Positions 30,287 to 38,276 of a stretch of 64,000 bases of DNA are shown piece after piece; the stretch's first letter is position 1; the number at the start of each line of letters is the position of its first letter. The notes under the pieces were generated by a model. That model saw only the letters and a program-made list of their open reading frames with translations, ran no database searches and was not told the DNA's origin. Position numbers and translations under genes: made by a program. The stretch is from Candidatus Vogelbacteria bacterium. GTDB lineage: Bacteria > Patescibacteriota > Minisyncoccia > Phycocordibacterales > XYD1-FULL-46-19. The stretch is from positions 236,597 through 300,596 of the forward strand of contig JAIOOX010000002.1 of the NCBI GenBank assembly GCA_021414225.1, in the 5' to 3' direction.

Positions 30287-30874
30287 TCATATTTTCATAC
30301 CCCACGAGTTTGCATTTGGATTTCGTTCTTTACGAGAAAGCAGAAACTGCCACATCGAAAACAGAATGAAAGCAAGCAAGGTCACCATCTTGTAGTTAAC
30401 CCACTGCTCCGTCGTAAAATACCACAACGCCAGCTGATTAGAGAAAGCCAATAGAAAAGCAAACACCATCCATCTTATAGAGACAATCCTCCACCCATTA
30501 TCTGTAATATCGAAGATACTAATAAAAAGTTTTTTCAATATCAGAACCCCTTTAAGATAGTATCCAAGTATAATCAGAAATAATAAACCCCAGAATAATG
30601 TGTCTTTAAAGATCAGATAGGTAGGGTTTGATGAGAAAACAGTCACTCCCCCAAAAATAATAATTAAACCAGATGAAAAAAGAGAGAAAATGGCGATTCT
30701 TTTTTCGACATATGTTGATAAAAGAAAAGCAATCAAAACAACAACTACCAGGGCGATAGTTGCGTTTACAAAATCAACCAAATTAAAAATAATAAAGAAA
30801 AGTACTATTGGTCCAAATTCTATAAATAAATTTAGTGCTAATTTGAGTGAGAAGTTTTTTGTCTTGTTTTCCAT
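30287..30874 (-). CDS. intracellular septation protein A family (YciB/IspZ-like) membrane protein
   Basis: A 195-aa, 5-TM protein whose N-terminal LNLFIEFGPIVLFFIIFNLVDFVNATIALVV and IFGGVTVFSSN blocks resemble YciB. Confidence 0.45.
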   Translation of the reverse strand: MENKTKNFSLKLALNLFIEFGPIVLFFIIFNLVDFVNATIALVVVVLIAFLLSTYVEKRIAIFSLFSSGLIIIFGGVTVFSSNPTYLIFKDTLFWGLLFLIILGYYLKGVLILKKLFISIFDITDNGWRIVSIRWMVFAFLLAFSNQLALWYFTTEQWVNYKMVTLLAFILFSMWQFLLSRKERNPNANSWGMKI

Positions 30875-30898
30875 TTTTTGCTCCAGTGAGTCGTAAAT

Positions 30899-31186
30899 CT
30901 ACTTTTTCTTATCAAACCACTTTTGAGCTTTGGGTTTTCGATGAGGACAGCCGGGCCAGCAACAAGGCCGTCTTTTTCCTCTTCGTAAGTCCTCACTTAG
31001 CCTAGCTAAGTGTTCTGTCCGGGTTGCCTCTTTTTTGACTATTGTTACCCAACAAATCCATTCATTACGAGCCAGTGGTGTTAACCCATTCCACAACTCT
31101 AAAATATCTTTATTTGATTGAAGTACTGCTGTGAGATCTTTTGGAACTCGGTGGATAGTATCAGAGTTTGTCGTCTTTTTGGTCAT
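30899..31186 (-). CDS. YdeI/OmpD-associated family (DUF1801-like) small protein
   Basis: LTPLARNEWICWVTIVKKEATRTEHLARL matches the YdeI_or_OmpD-assoc pattern. It has a Cys-rich basic tail. Confidence 0.45.
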   Translation of the reverse strand: MTKKTTNSDTIHRVPKDLTAVLQSNKDILELWNGLTPLARNEWICWVTIVKKEATRTEHLARLSEDLRRGKRRPCCWPGCPHRKPKAQKWFDKKK

Positions 31187-31301
31187 ACTAGTAAGTGTAA
31201 CAAAACATTACAAACTCATCTATTCTACTTACACCACTCTAAAAAGACAGCTCCCAAGAGCATAATAAAATTAATAACACCGGAATAGTAATTATTATAT
31301 A

Positions 31302-31670
31302 TTACTGTCGTAGAATCTTCTCCATCACTTTTCCTTTAGCCAACTCATCAATCAGCTTATCCAAATATCGAATTTCTCTCATCGTTGGTTCTTTAATCTC
31401 TTCTATTCGCACACCGCAAATCACCCCTTTAACCAAAGTCCGTAAAGGATTGAGTTTTGGTGCCTTGGCAAAGAAAGTTTCAAAATCTGTCCGTTTTTTT
31501 AGCTGTTCCTCTAATCCTTTCTGGCTGTAACCTGTCAGCCAGCAGATGATCTCATCGACTTCTTTTTTAGTCCGACCTTTTTTCTCTGCTTTAGCAACAT
31601 AATGGGGGTAGACACTGACAAAACTGGTTGTATAAATACGGTGTTTTTTGGTGGGAGCTTCTGGTTTCAT
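31302..31670 (-). CDS. DUF2200 family protein
   Basis: [39 protein letters not shown] matches my recollection of DUF2200 proteins (~120 aa). Confidence 0.45.
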   Translation of the reverse strand: MKPEAPTKKHRIYTTSFVSVYPHYVAKAEKKGRTKKEVDEIICWLTGYSQKGLEEQLKKRTDFETFFAKAPKLNPLRTLVKGVICGVRIEEIKEPTMREIRYLDKLIDELAKGKVMEKILRQ

Positions 31671-31758
31671 ATTTATTTTATTTTAACAAAATTACAGATA
31701 GACCCGCATCCAGAACTCTTTTCAGGAAACACAAAAAGTGACAAAAGTGACAGAAATT

Positions 31759-32175
31759 TTATAATCCGAAAAAACCAATAAGAACAGACGCCACCCAACC
31801 GCCTCCAGATAGCATCCCTGATAACAACAATAGTCTCCTCTCCTCCTTAGAAAGCTCTATATATGGAGTGATAGTGGCTTTGCGCATCAGCTGGCTAATA
31901 AAAATACCATTAATTAAGAGCGTAGAAACAAAGGCAAGTTTTGCATAAAATAAAGGCTTGGTAAGGATAACCGCCCACATTGGTACCATTACCGCAACAC
32001 CTGTGATAATTAACAAACTTATTCCTAGCATAACCAACCAATGAGACCATTCTACTTTTTTTCGATCGAGAACTAGTTTGCGTCCAGTAAAATACTGAAA
32101 ACCCATATGATCGGCATATAGAATTACCGGAACCGTGATAATAAGAGAGACTAGATGAAGAAAGCCAAAGTCCAT
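31759..32175 (-). CDS. hypothetical integral membrane protein
   Basis: A 138-aa ORF with 4 TM helices. Confidence 0.4.
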   Translation of the reverse strand: MDFGFLHLVSLIITVPVILYADHMGFQYFTGRKLVLDRKKVEWSHWLVMLGISLLIITGVAVMVPMWAVILTKPLFYAKLAFVSTLLINGIFISQLMRKATITPYIELSKEERRLLLLSGMLSGGGWVASVLIGFFGL

Positions 32176-32183
32176 ATTTTTAT

Positions 32184-32696
32184 TTATTGTAATTTTCCTA
32201 TTTTATAATTTTCTAAAATCGCTTCTGGTTTTGACTCACCCCCATGTTGACCTTCAAATAGAGATGACCCGTCTTTACCACAAATTTTTAGAATCTTACC
32301 TGAACCACCTGGATGCTTGGGAATATAAGCGGTTAGATCGTACACATTTCCAGCAATCACGGACCAGCACGAGTCAGCCGAAGCATGAGCCTCTACTTCT
32401 ACCATAGTATAACCAGAAGCAACCACCGGCGACGCAGGGGTGTCAGTACTAGTATTAACCGGAACGACTAGTGGAGCTGTAACAGAAACAGGGCTAGGCG
32501 CCTTTGAAGGCTCTTTGTCTACAGGTTTTTTCTCCAACACTTTTTCAACAACCATAGTGGTTGGAGTACTAGAAGCTTCCTGTTCTACTACCGGACCATC
32601 AAGCTCCTGCTTAGCTATTGGGGATAAAATAAAATAGGCTCCACCAAAAAAAGCAAAAACTAGCACAACAGTAAAGATGAGTATTTTTGTATTCAT
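32184..32696 (-). CDS. membrane-anchored cytochrome b5-like heme-binding domain protein
   Basis: An N-terminal TM and a P/T/V-rich linker are followed by a C-terminal cyt-b5 signature (...VYDLTAYIPKHPGGSGKILKICGKDGSSLFEG, HPGG motif). Confidence 0.6.
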   Translation of the reverse strand: MNTKILIFTVVLVFAFFGGAYFILSPIAKQELDGPVVEQEASSTPTTMVVEKVLEKKPVDKEPSKAPSPVSVTAPLVVPVNTSTDTPASPVVASGYTMVEVEAHASADSCWSVIAGNVYDLTAYIPKHPGGSGKILKICGKDGSSLFEGQHGGESKPEAILENYKIGKLQ

Positions 32697-32741
32697 ACCT
32701 ACTATTTTATACCTAAATTAATAATATAAAAAGAAGTAGTT

Positions 32742-32772
32742 CAGCCTTTTTACAGGCGCGCTTTTGTGACCC
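32742..32772 (+). repeat. direct repeat DR-A (32 bp, 2 mismatches to DR-B at 36236-36267)
   Basis: CAGCCTTTTTACAGGCGCGCTTTTGTGACCC here versus CAGCCTTTTTAAAGGCGCGCTTTTGTGAGCCC at 36236. They are in the same orientation and bracket a ~3.5-kb segment. Confidence 0.6.
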
Positions 32773-32881
32773 TAATTAGACGGAACTGGGACCAACTTAC
32801 CAGAGAACTGGTTGGGTGGTATGGGTTATTGAGGGAGTTTGGAGGTGTGAAGGATTCTAAATGTAACAGCTTAAGATACCA

Positions 32882-32910
32882 TTGACTAAATAGATATTAT
32901 TGTATATAAT
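32882..32910 (+). promoter_or_regulatory. perfect-consensus sigma70 promoter (TTGACT-17-TATAAT) for GC-rich gene 32900-33286
   Basis: TTGACT at 32882-32887, a 17-nt spacer and TATAAT at 32905-32910. If the TSS is just downstream, translation probably starts at the internal Met (MGTIYCLMNHG) rather than at the ORF-track start. Confidence 0.5.
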
Positions 32911-33286
32911 ACTGGTCAGGATTTTTGGTGATTACGTTACTAACTCCATAACAGAAAGGGACGACATGGGTACCATTTATTGCTTGATGAATCATGGTCC
33001 TGGTTTAACAGACTTGATTCGCCAGATCCTCTTCGATACTGCTCAGGAAATGGTCCGCCGTGACCTGAAACGGAAGCTGGTCAGAAATGACGACTTCGAG
33101 GGGGTGGTTACCACGAAGAAAGACTGGGCCCGAATGGGAGGAGTCAGTGGATACGTCTTCAGCGCCGTCGTTGAATCCGAGGCGGGGGTGAAAAACAACG
33201 TCTCCTACCTGGTACGACCGGCCGATCTCGAAGACCTTGAGGGTGGACGTGTCAGTAGTGTAAATTACCACTCGATGCTTAATTGA
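32900..33286 (+). CDS. hypothetical protein, GC-rich gene
   Basis: The ORF is clearly GC-richer than its flanks (...GTIYCLMNHGPGLTDLIRQILFDTAQEMVRRDLKRKLVRNDDFEGVV...). Its own promoter and terminator bracket it, and the true start is probably the internal ATG near 32966. Confidence 0.4.
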   Translation: MYIILVRIFGDYVTNSITERDDMGTIYCLMNHGPGLTDLIRQILFDTAQEMVRRDLKRKLVRNDDFEGVVTTKKDWARMGGVSGYVFSAVVESEAGVKNNVSYLVRPADLEDLEGGRVSSVNYHSMLN

Positions 33287-33321
33287 ACTTTACAATCTGT
33301 GACCCCCGCCCCTCCCGAGAA

Positions 33322-33358
33322 CCGCCCCGCGCAATTCCAGGTGGGGCGGTTTTTCTTT
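33322..33358 (+). terminator. intrinsic terminator
   Basis: CCGCCCC-gcgcaattccaggt-GGGGCGG followed by TTTTTCTTTT. Confidence 0.65.
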
Positions 33359-33511
33359 TACTTTTTTATTATCAAACCTTTTTAGCTTCAGGTTTTTAAT
33401 AGATATTTTGACGAGTGAACCTTTTCGAGATAGAACCCAGCCGATGTGTTACCAAATAAGGTCATTTCGACTATAAATCTAGAGATCCCAATGAGCCTTT
33501 TAGAGCGTTAG

Positions 33512-33811
33512 TTATTCAAGTAGCCTTTTAAAGACTTCTTCATATCCTGTATAGCCACGATTACCACGGTTCCCAGGATTTCCTGGTGAACCGGGACTTC
33601 CTGGGTTCCCTGGATTTCCAATATTCCCATAATTTCCGAGCCTCTTATCTAAAACCATATCTCCTTCGAGTTCACCAACGTATTGACCAGTTAATTTGTG
33701 CACATGGGTACCATTAATTTGACCCACAGGATTACCCTTCATGTCGTAAATGAATTTATCCCTGTAGAAACCTATAGCACTCCCCGATTGTTCATATAAA
33801 TAATTTGTCAT
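33512..33811 (-). CDS. small hypothetical protein with short collagen-like G-N/S-P-G repeat tail
   Basis: The ORF (ORF-track 33512-33856) was trimmed to the Met 7 nt downstream of the RloC-like stop. It contains GNPGNPGSPGSPGNPGNRGNRG. Confidence 0.3.
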   Translation of the reverse strand: MTNYLYEQSGSAIGFYRDKFIYDMKGNPVGQINGTHVHKLTGQYVGELEGDMVLDKRLGNYGNIGNPGNPGSPGSPGNPGNRGNRGYTGYEEVFKRLLE

Positions 33812-33818
33812 AGATAGA

Positions 33819-36029
33819 TTAAATATTATAGGTTGCATAATGGTCTTTATCAACACTTTTTATCACTTCAAAGAAATTTTTAATTCTTTGTGAACTTGCC
33901 TGCAAGACAGTTACATCATATTTATCAAACCCTAAAAATTCATGTGAACCATGATTTATAAATCGATACATCACTTTCTCTTCTTGAGCGACTTCTTGTT
34001 CTATAACATCCTTGTCTGCGGGATTTGAGTTGTCTAGTCTATATTTTTTGTATTTGGCGTACAGCTGAGCAAGTTTGCTTTTCAGGTCGCCGTGTCCATA
34101 CTTAAAGTGTAGAAATGTTTCCAAAGCTCGTCTGAGTAAGTTTGCGGCCAAAATAGCATCGTCTAAGTCTATACTGTCCTTCACTTCATTCAATTTTGTT
34201 ATTGAATATAAATAGTCAGATCTATATTTTTTAAGGTTGTCATCCAACTCTTGAATTGTTGAGCCGGTATTCTTTAGTGAGATTTGAAAAAATTTAACTA
34301 AATCGTCTCTAATTTTTCCGTCTTTTCTGTAACTTTGGAGAAGGTGGCCAAAAATATCTAAATTGTGAGAAAGAATGAAATATTGTCTGTCAGGACGACT
34401 TTCAATTTCTCCCGATAGTATTGCAAACACCTGAAAAAGTGAGTCAGAATCAAGACTTGAAACAGGATCATCAATGACTATAACGGAATTCTTATCAATC
34501 TGATTATCTTCATCATTGATACTTAAAAGAAAATATGCCAAAGCTAAGAAGTTTCTCTCTCCCTCACTCAAGGAACTGAGTTCACACTTAGCACCATCAC
34601 GTTTGAGCACATAACCAACTTCTCCATCTGAATCATCCAAAGATATTTCTTTATATGGGAAAGTCGATTTGAGTAGTCTGTTTATTCTATCTGCAGGAAT
34701 TTGAACATTTTTAGCCACCTTTTTAAGCTCTTTTAAATCTTCTTCAATTAGTTTTATATCTCCTTCGTGCTTTGACTTTTCTGCTTGACAGTCTTCATAC
34801 TCCTTCTTCTTTGAGGTGTATTTTATATATGCCCTTGCGACATAATCTTTTTCGATACTCCAAGCAATTGAACCAACGTCGAAAGTTTCTTCTTCGACAA
34901 AAAGATCATCAAAGGTTATTTTTTCGACTATTTTTTTTATGTCTTTTCTCTTTTTTTCCACTCTAGATCGTAATGTGAGAAATAGAGTCTCTAAGGTTTC
35001 CTTTTTAGTAACGTAAAAACTCTCGCATATTCCAATCTCACTTATTGCGCTCTCAGTTTTTGCACTTATTCCATCCAAGGCGTTACTGAGTTCCATTACA
35101 TCTTCAGAAAAATGTTTCAATAACTCGTCTTCGTTGGTAATTTCTGACTCACAAAAAAGACAGTGGTTTAACTTTTCGGTTTCGTTTAGTTTATGAATAC
35201 CAATTCCTTCCCTTACCCATTTTTCTTCTAGACTTCCGTCAGAATATTTTGCTAGTCTTTTTGATTCTTTGTAAACAGGAATAAAAGTGAGGTATTTATT
35301 AATTTTATCTGTTTTTTCAACCACCCAATCATTCCATTTTTTCAAAGTCTTATACTCTCTCTCCTTTACAGATAGATTAGATAAAGTAGATATTCTTTGT
35401 TTTAGTTCAGATTCCTCACTTATAAAGTCATCAACTTGTTTTCCTTCGATGATTGCTTTTGATAGCCACTCTATTCTTTTTTCAAAAGAAGATTTGATAT
35501 AAGAATTATATAAACCATTACTTTCTACCACAGGATCTTTCCTTAAATGTCCAATTCCACTTATTTTTCGTATGTTTTCAGAAACTTCTTTTGATATGTC
35601 ATCGTACTCGTTCTTGCAGGCCTTTAGTTTACTTAGCTTTTCCTTTGCACCTTCAAGTTCCTTTTCTTTTTTTGAAAAATCAACACCAGCGGAACCAATT
35701 GCTACAACATATGGGAGATGGGTTTGGTCAATTGCCTCTTTTATATAGTCTTCATTAAAAACGCGAATCTTATCAGTGAAACCTGAAAGTTCACTGTGTT
35801 TCTTAGCGCCGGTATCAAATTGAGTAGTAAATTGTGCACCGTTAATTTTATCTTCAGAATTAATTATCCCTTTTTCATATGACCTAATTATTCTAGAAAC
35901 TATTGTTTTTCCAGAACCATTCCATCCCAAAATAATATTTACCTTGTCGTGAAAATCTCCAACGGTCGCATCCCAGATGAAGTTCTTAAATGCACCACAT
36001 TTGATATTTTGGATTTTCTTTATTTTCAC
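33819..36029 (-). CDS. RloC/PrrC-like ABC-type ATPase (AAA_13-like) with coiled-coil CxxC hook and C-terminal candidate anticodon-nuclease motif
   Basis: An N-terminal P-loop (ILGWNGSGKTIVSRI) is followed by a long coiled coil containing HCLFCESE (CxxC, Rad50/RloC-like zinc hook). The ABC signature LSEGERNFLALAYFL, Walker B/D-loop VIVIDDPVSSLDSDS and an H-loop (FILSHN) follow. The C-terminal ~170 aa contains LLRRALETFLHFKYGH...FINHGSHEF, an R-x3-E...H arrangement like the PrrC/RloC ACNase triad. Confidence 0.6.
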   Translation of the reverse strand: MKIKKIQNIKCGAFKNFIWDATVGDFHDKVNIILGWNGSGKTIVSRIIRSYEKGIINSEDKINGAQFTTQFDTGAKKHSELSGFTDKIRVFNEDYIKEAIDQTHLPYVVAIGSAGVDFSKKEKELEGAKEKLSKLKACKNEYDDISKEVSENIRKISGIGHLRKDPVVESNGLYNSYIKSSFEKRIEWLSKAIIEGKQVDDFISEESELKQRISTLSNLSVKEREYKTLKKWNDWVVEKTDKINKYLTFIPVYKESKRLAKYSDGSLEEKWVREGIGIHKLNETEKLNHCLFCESEITNEDELLKHFSEDVMELSNALDGISAKTESAISEIGICESFYVTKKETLETLFLTLRSRVEKKRKDIKKIVEKITFDDLFVEEETFDVGSIAWSIEKDYVARAYIKYTSKKKEYEDCQAEKSKHEGDIKLIEEDLKELKKVAKNVQIPADRINRLLKSTFPYKEISLDDSDGEVGYVLKRDGAKCELSSLSEGERNFLALAYFLLSINDEDNQIDKNSVIVIDDPVSSLDSDSLFQVFAILSGEIESRPDRQYFILSHNLDIFGHLLQSYRKDGKIRDDLVKFFQISLKNTGSTIQELDDNLKKYRSDYLYSITKLNEVKDSIDLDDAILAANLLRRALETFLHFKYGHGDLKSKLAQLYAKYKKYRLDNSNPADKDVIEQEVAQEEKVMYRFINHGSHEFLGFDKYDVTVLQASSQRIKNFFEVIKSVDKDHYATYNI

Positions 36030-36235
36030 ATTTATATTCTAACAAAAATAACCTCAAATGAAGTATATTTTGCATACTTCTCGTGCTAGCTGTTGTTGGT
36101 GATTTTCTATTTGTTGTGGTCCACAATAATTTGTTTTTCGTCAAAAACAAATTTTCCAGACCCGGCCTCGACTTTTTTGTTGCTACAAAAACATGTCTCC
36201 GGCTTCACAAAAGCGAAAAAGCCTGAGGCAGTCCA

Positions 36236-36267
36236 GCCTTTTTAAAGGCGCGCTTTTGTGAGCCCAT
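36236..36267 (+). repeat. direct repeat DR-B (partner of DR-A); embedded in a larger inverted repeat CACAAAAGCG...CGCTTTTGTG
   Basis: See DR-A. The 10-bp arms CACAAAAGCG (36209-36218) and CGCTTTTGTG (36252-36261) flank it. Confidence 0.6.
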
Positions 36268-36443
36268 TGTACTTTGAATGGAACACCATGAAAAGCACCG
36301 TCCTTAGATGGGAGGAGGTTTTCGGAAGCTTGGGTAATTTGCGAGAATTAGTCCTTACTTAGAGGGATTTTCAAGCTTTCGGAATCATTTGAACTTACCC
36401 AAGTGGTATTAGAACAAGAAAGCACGTATCTATGCTTGATTAC

Positions 36444-36464
36444 GTATACCCCCTAGGGGTATAC
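36444..36464 (+). promoter_or_regulatory. candidate CsoR operator (GC-rich palindrome) overlapping csoR promoter
   Basis: GTATACCCCCTAGGGGTATAC is a perfect 21-bp palindrome 9 nt upstream of the csoR ATG. It resembles known CsoR operators (ATACCC-N-GGGGTAT type). Confidence 0.5.
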
Positions 36465-36472
36465 TAGTAGAT

Positions 36473-36745
36473 ATGAGACAAGATATTAAAACAAAAGCCG
36501 CCCGCCGCTTAAAAATCGTTGAGGGTCAGGTGCGGGGACTACAGAAAATGGTTGAGGAGGAAAAATATTGTATAGACATCATCACCCAAGCTTCTGCTAT
36601 TAAGGAAGCATTGACTGGTGTGGAAGATTTAATACTTGAAAATCACCTCACTACCCACGTTATACATCAAATAAAACACGGTAAGGAGCAACAGGCCGCA
36701 ACCGAAATACTTAAAGTTTATAAGCTAGCCCAACGCAAAAAATAA
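36473..36745 (+). CDS. csoR: CsoR/RcnR-family metal-sensing transcriptional repressor
   Basis: A DUF156 four-helix fold (RLKIVEGQVRGLQKMVEEEKYCIDIITQASAIKEAL) with conserved Cys/His ligand positions (C-x...H-x3-C pattern). Confidence 0.8.
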   Translation: MRQDIKTKAARRLKIVEGQVRGLQKMVEEEKYCIDIITQASAIKEALTGVEDLILENHLTTHVIHQIKHGKEQQAATEILKVYKLAQRKK

Positions 36746-36748
36746 TTT

Positions 36749-37372
36749 ATGTATACATGCCCCATGCACCCAGAAGTAGTGAGCGATAAACCGGGCAAAT
36801 GCCCGAAGTGTCATATGGACCTCGTACCGCAAAACTCAACGCCAAAAGTCCACCATATGACCGACGACAAAGGCCTTGGAAATCTCACGTGGAAAAGCTA
36901 CATGCCCCTTATTGCTATTGGAGCCGTTCTTCTCCTTGCATCTGTTACCATTTCAATTCACGATGCTAATTTAGGTGTCTTTGCAATTGAAAAGAGCATG
37001 TCCTATTTCATGATTGGGTTCTTCCTTACGTTTGCCACTTTCAAACTGATGGACCTACCCGGTTTTGCACACGGGTATCAAACCTATGACCTCTTGGCGA
37101 CAAAAGCGCCGTGGTATGGATATGTCTATCCGTTTATAGAATTATTCTTTGGGCTAGCAATGATACTTATACCGTTCTCTCGTGAACTCTTAGTCGCAGA
37201 GTTCGTTGTAATGGCATTTAGTGGTCTTGGGGTAGCAATCAAAATTGCTAAGAAAGAGGAGTTTATGTGTGCGTGTCTCGGTACGTTCCTAAAAGTTCCT
37301 CTCACGAAAGTAACTTTGATTGAAGATTTTGGAATGGCGGCACTTGCAGGGATAATGTTTTTCTTAATGTAG
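36749..37372 (+). CDS. membrane protein with N-terminal heavy-metal-binding motif (MYTCPMHPE...CPKCHMDL), putative Cu-handling protein
   Basis: The YTCPMHPEV...GKCPKCHM motif is typical of the Cu/Ag-efflux-associated heavy-metal-binding domain. Four TM helices follow (DoxX/MauE-like). It sits directly downstream of csoR. Confidence 0.5.
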   Translation: MYTCPMHPEVVSDKPGKCPKCHMDLVPQNSTPKVHHMTDDKGLGNLTWKSYMPLIAIGAVLLLASVTISIHDANLGVFAIEKSMSYFMIGFFLTFATFKLMDLPGFAHGYQTYDLLATKAPWYGYVYPFIELFFGLAMILIPFSRELLVAEFVVMAFSGLGVAIKIAKKEEFMCACLGTFLKVPLTKVTLIEDFGMAALAGIMFFLM

Positions 37373-37373
37373 T

Positions 37374-37745
37374 ATGCAATTTCTAAAACAAACAATTTTA
37401 ACTCTCGCACTCGTTGCCTTTGTAGGAATGGCGGGTTTTGGAATGTTTGCAATGACCGGACATCACCACGAGCCGGGGTGTCCATTCATGCCGGGAGAGC
37501 AAGCAATATGCGAGATGAATATCTTTGACCATATTTCCGCTTGGCAAAGTGCGTTTACAGGAGTTTTGCCGTCCATTTTTATACTTGTTCTTATAGCCGC
37601 TTTATTCTTTGTACATTGGTTTAACTACGACAAACCGCCCGACTTGCGAGGCAAGGTTGGTCCTAGGAGTAGTCCCGGTTTAAACAGACCTAATCTATAC
37701 CAAGAACTATTCTCTAGCGGCATACTTAACCCAAAAGCACCCTAG
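37374..37745 (+). CDS. small membrane protein with His/Cys/Met-rich segment
   Basis: GHHHEPGCPFMPGEQAICEM lies between two TM helices, inside the copper cluster. Confidence 0.35.
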   Translation: MQFLKQTILTLALVAFVGMAGFGMFAMTGHHHEPGCPFMPGEQAICEMNIFDHISAWQSAFTGVLPSIFILVLIAALFFVHWFNYDKPPDLRGKVGPRSSPGLNRPNLYQELFSSGILNPKAP

Positions 37746-37783
37746 CCACTTGTAATCTCTCTTATTAATTAATCTTAAAATAC

Positions 37784-38203
37784 ATGCAAAAAAATACAGG
37801 AATTATTATCGCAATTGTTACTCTCATTGTAGGTCTCGGACTTGGTTATGTCGTAGGTACAAACAAAGCTCCTACGGCCCCACAAAGCGCCGCAGGGGGT
37901 CATATGATGCCTGACGGCTCAATGATGGGTAATGGCGGTGGCTCTATGAGCATGGCCGAAATGATGGCTTCAATGAACGCTGAACTGAACGGTAAGACAG
38001 GCGACGAGTTCGATAAGGCATTTATCAGTGAAATGATAATGCACCATCAGGGGGCGGTAGAGATGGCGCAATTGGCTTTGAAGAACGCTAAGCACGCCGA
38101 GATTAAAACTCTGGCAAACGCAATTATCTCTGCACAAAATAAAGAAATTGCAGATATGAAAGCGTGGCAAGAAGCATGGTATGGGAGCGAGACCAACAAC
38201 TAA
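37784..38203 (+). CDS. DUF305 family protein with Met-rich N-terminal segment (copper-resistance associated)
   Basis: DUF305 blocks (FDKAFISEMIMHHQGAVEMAQLAL; KTLANAIISAQNKEIADMKAWQ) follow an MMPDGSMMGNGGGSMSMAEMMASM Met-rich motif of the kind seen in Cu(I)-binding periplasmic proteins. Confidence 0.7.
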   Translation: MQKNTGIIIAIVTLIVGLGLGYVVGTNKAPTAPQSAAGGHMMPDGSMMGNGGGSMSMAEMMASMNAELNGKTGDEFDKAFISEMIMHHQGAVEMAQLALKNAKHAEIKTLANAIISAQNKEIADMKAWQEAWYGSETNN

Positions 38204-38276
38204 TTAAAAGTAGATAAGGTAAAAATGGCCCTGCAAATTGCGGGGTCATTTTGTTTATTGGGCTAATCCGAGAACA

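Larger units (their letters stand above)
32742..36267. mobile_element. putative ~3.5-kb insertion bounded by 32-bp direct repeats, carrying the RloC-like gene
   Basis: DR-A and DR-B (30/32 identical) bracket three genes: the GC-rich ORF with its own promoter and terminator, the collagen-like small ORF and the RloC-like ATPase. No recombinase lies inside it, but a large serine recombinase sits 5.5 kb away. Confidence 0.4.
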
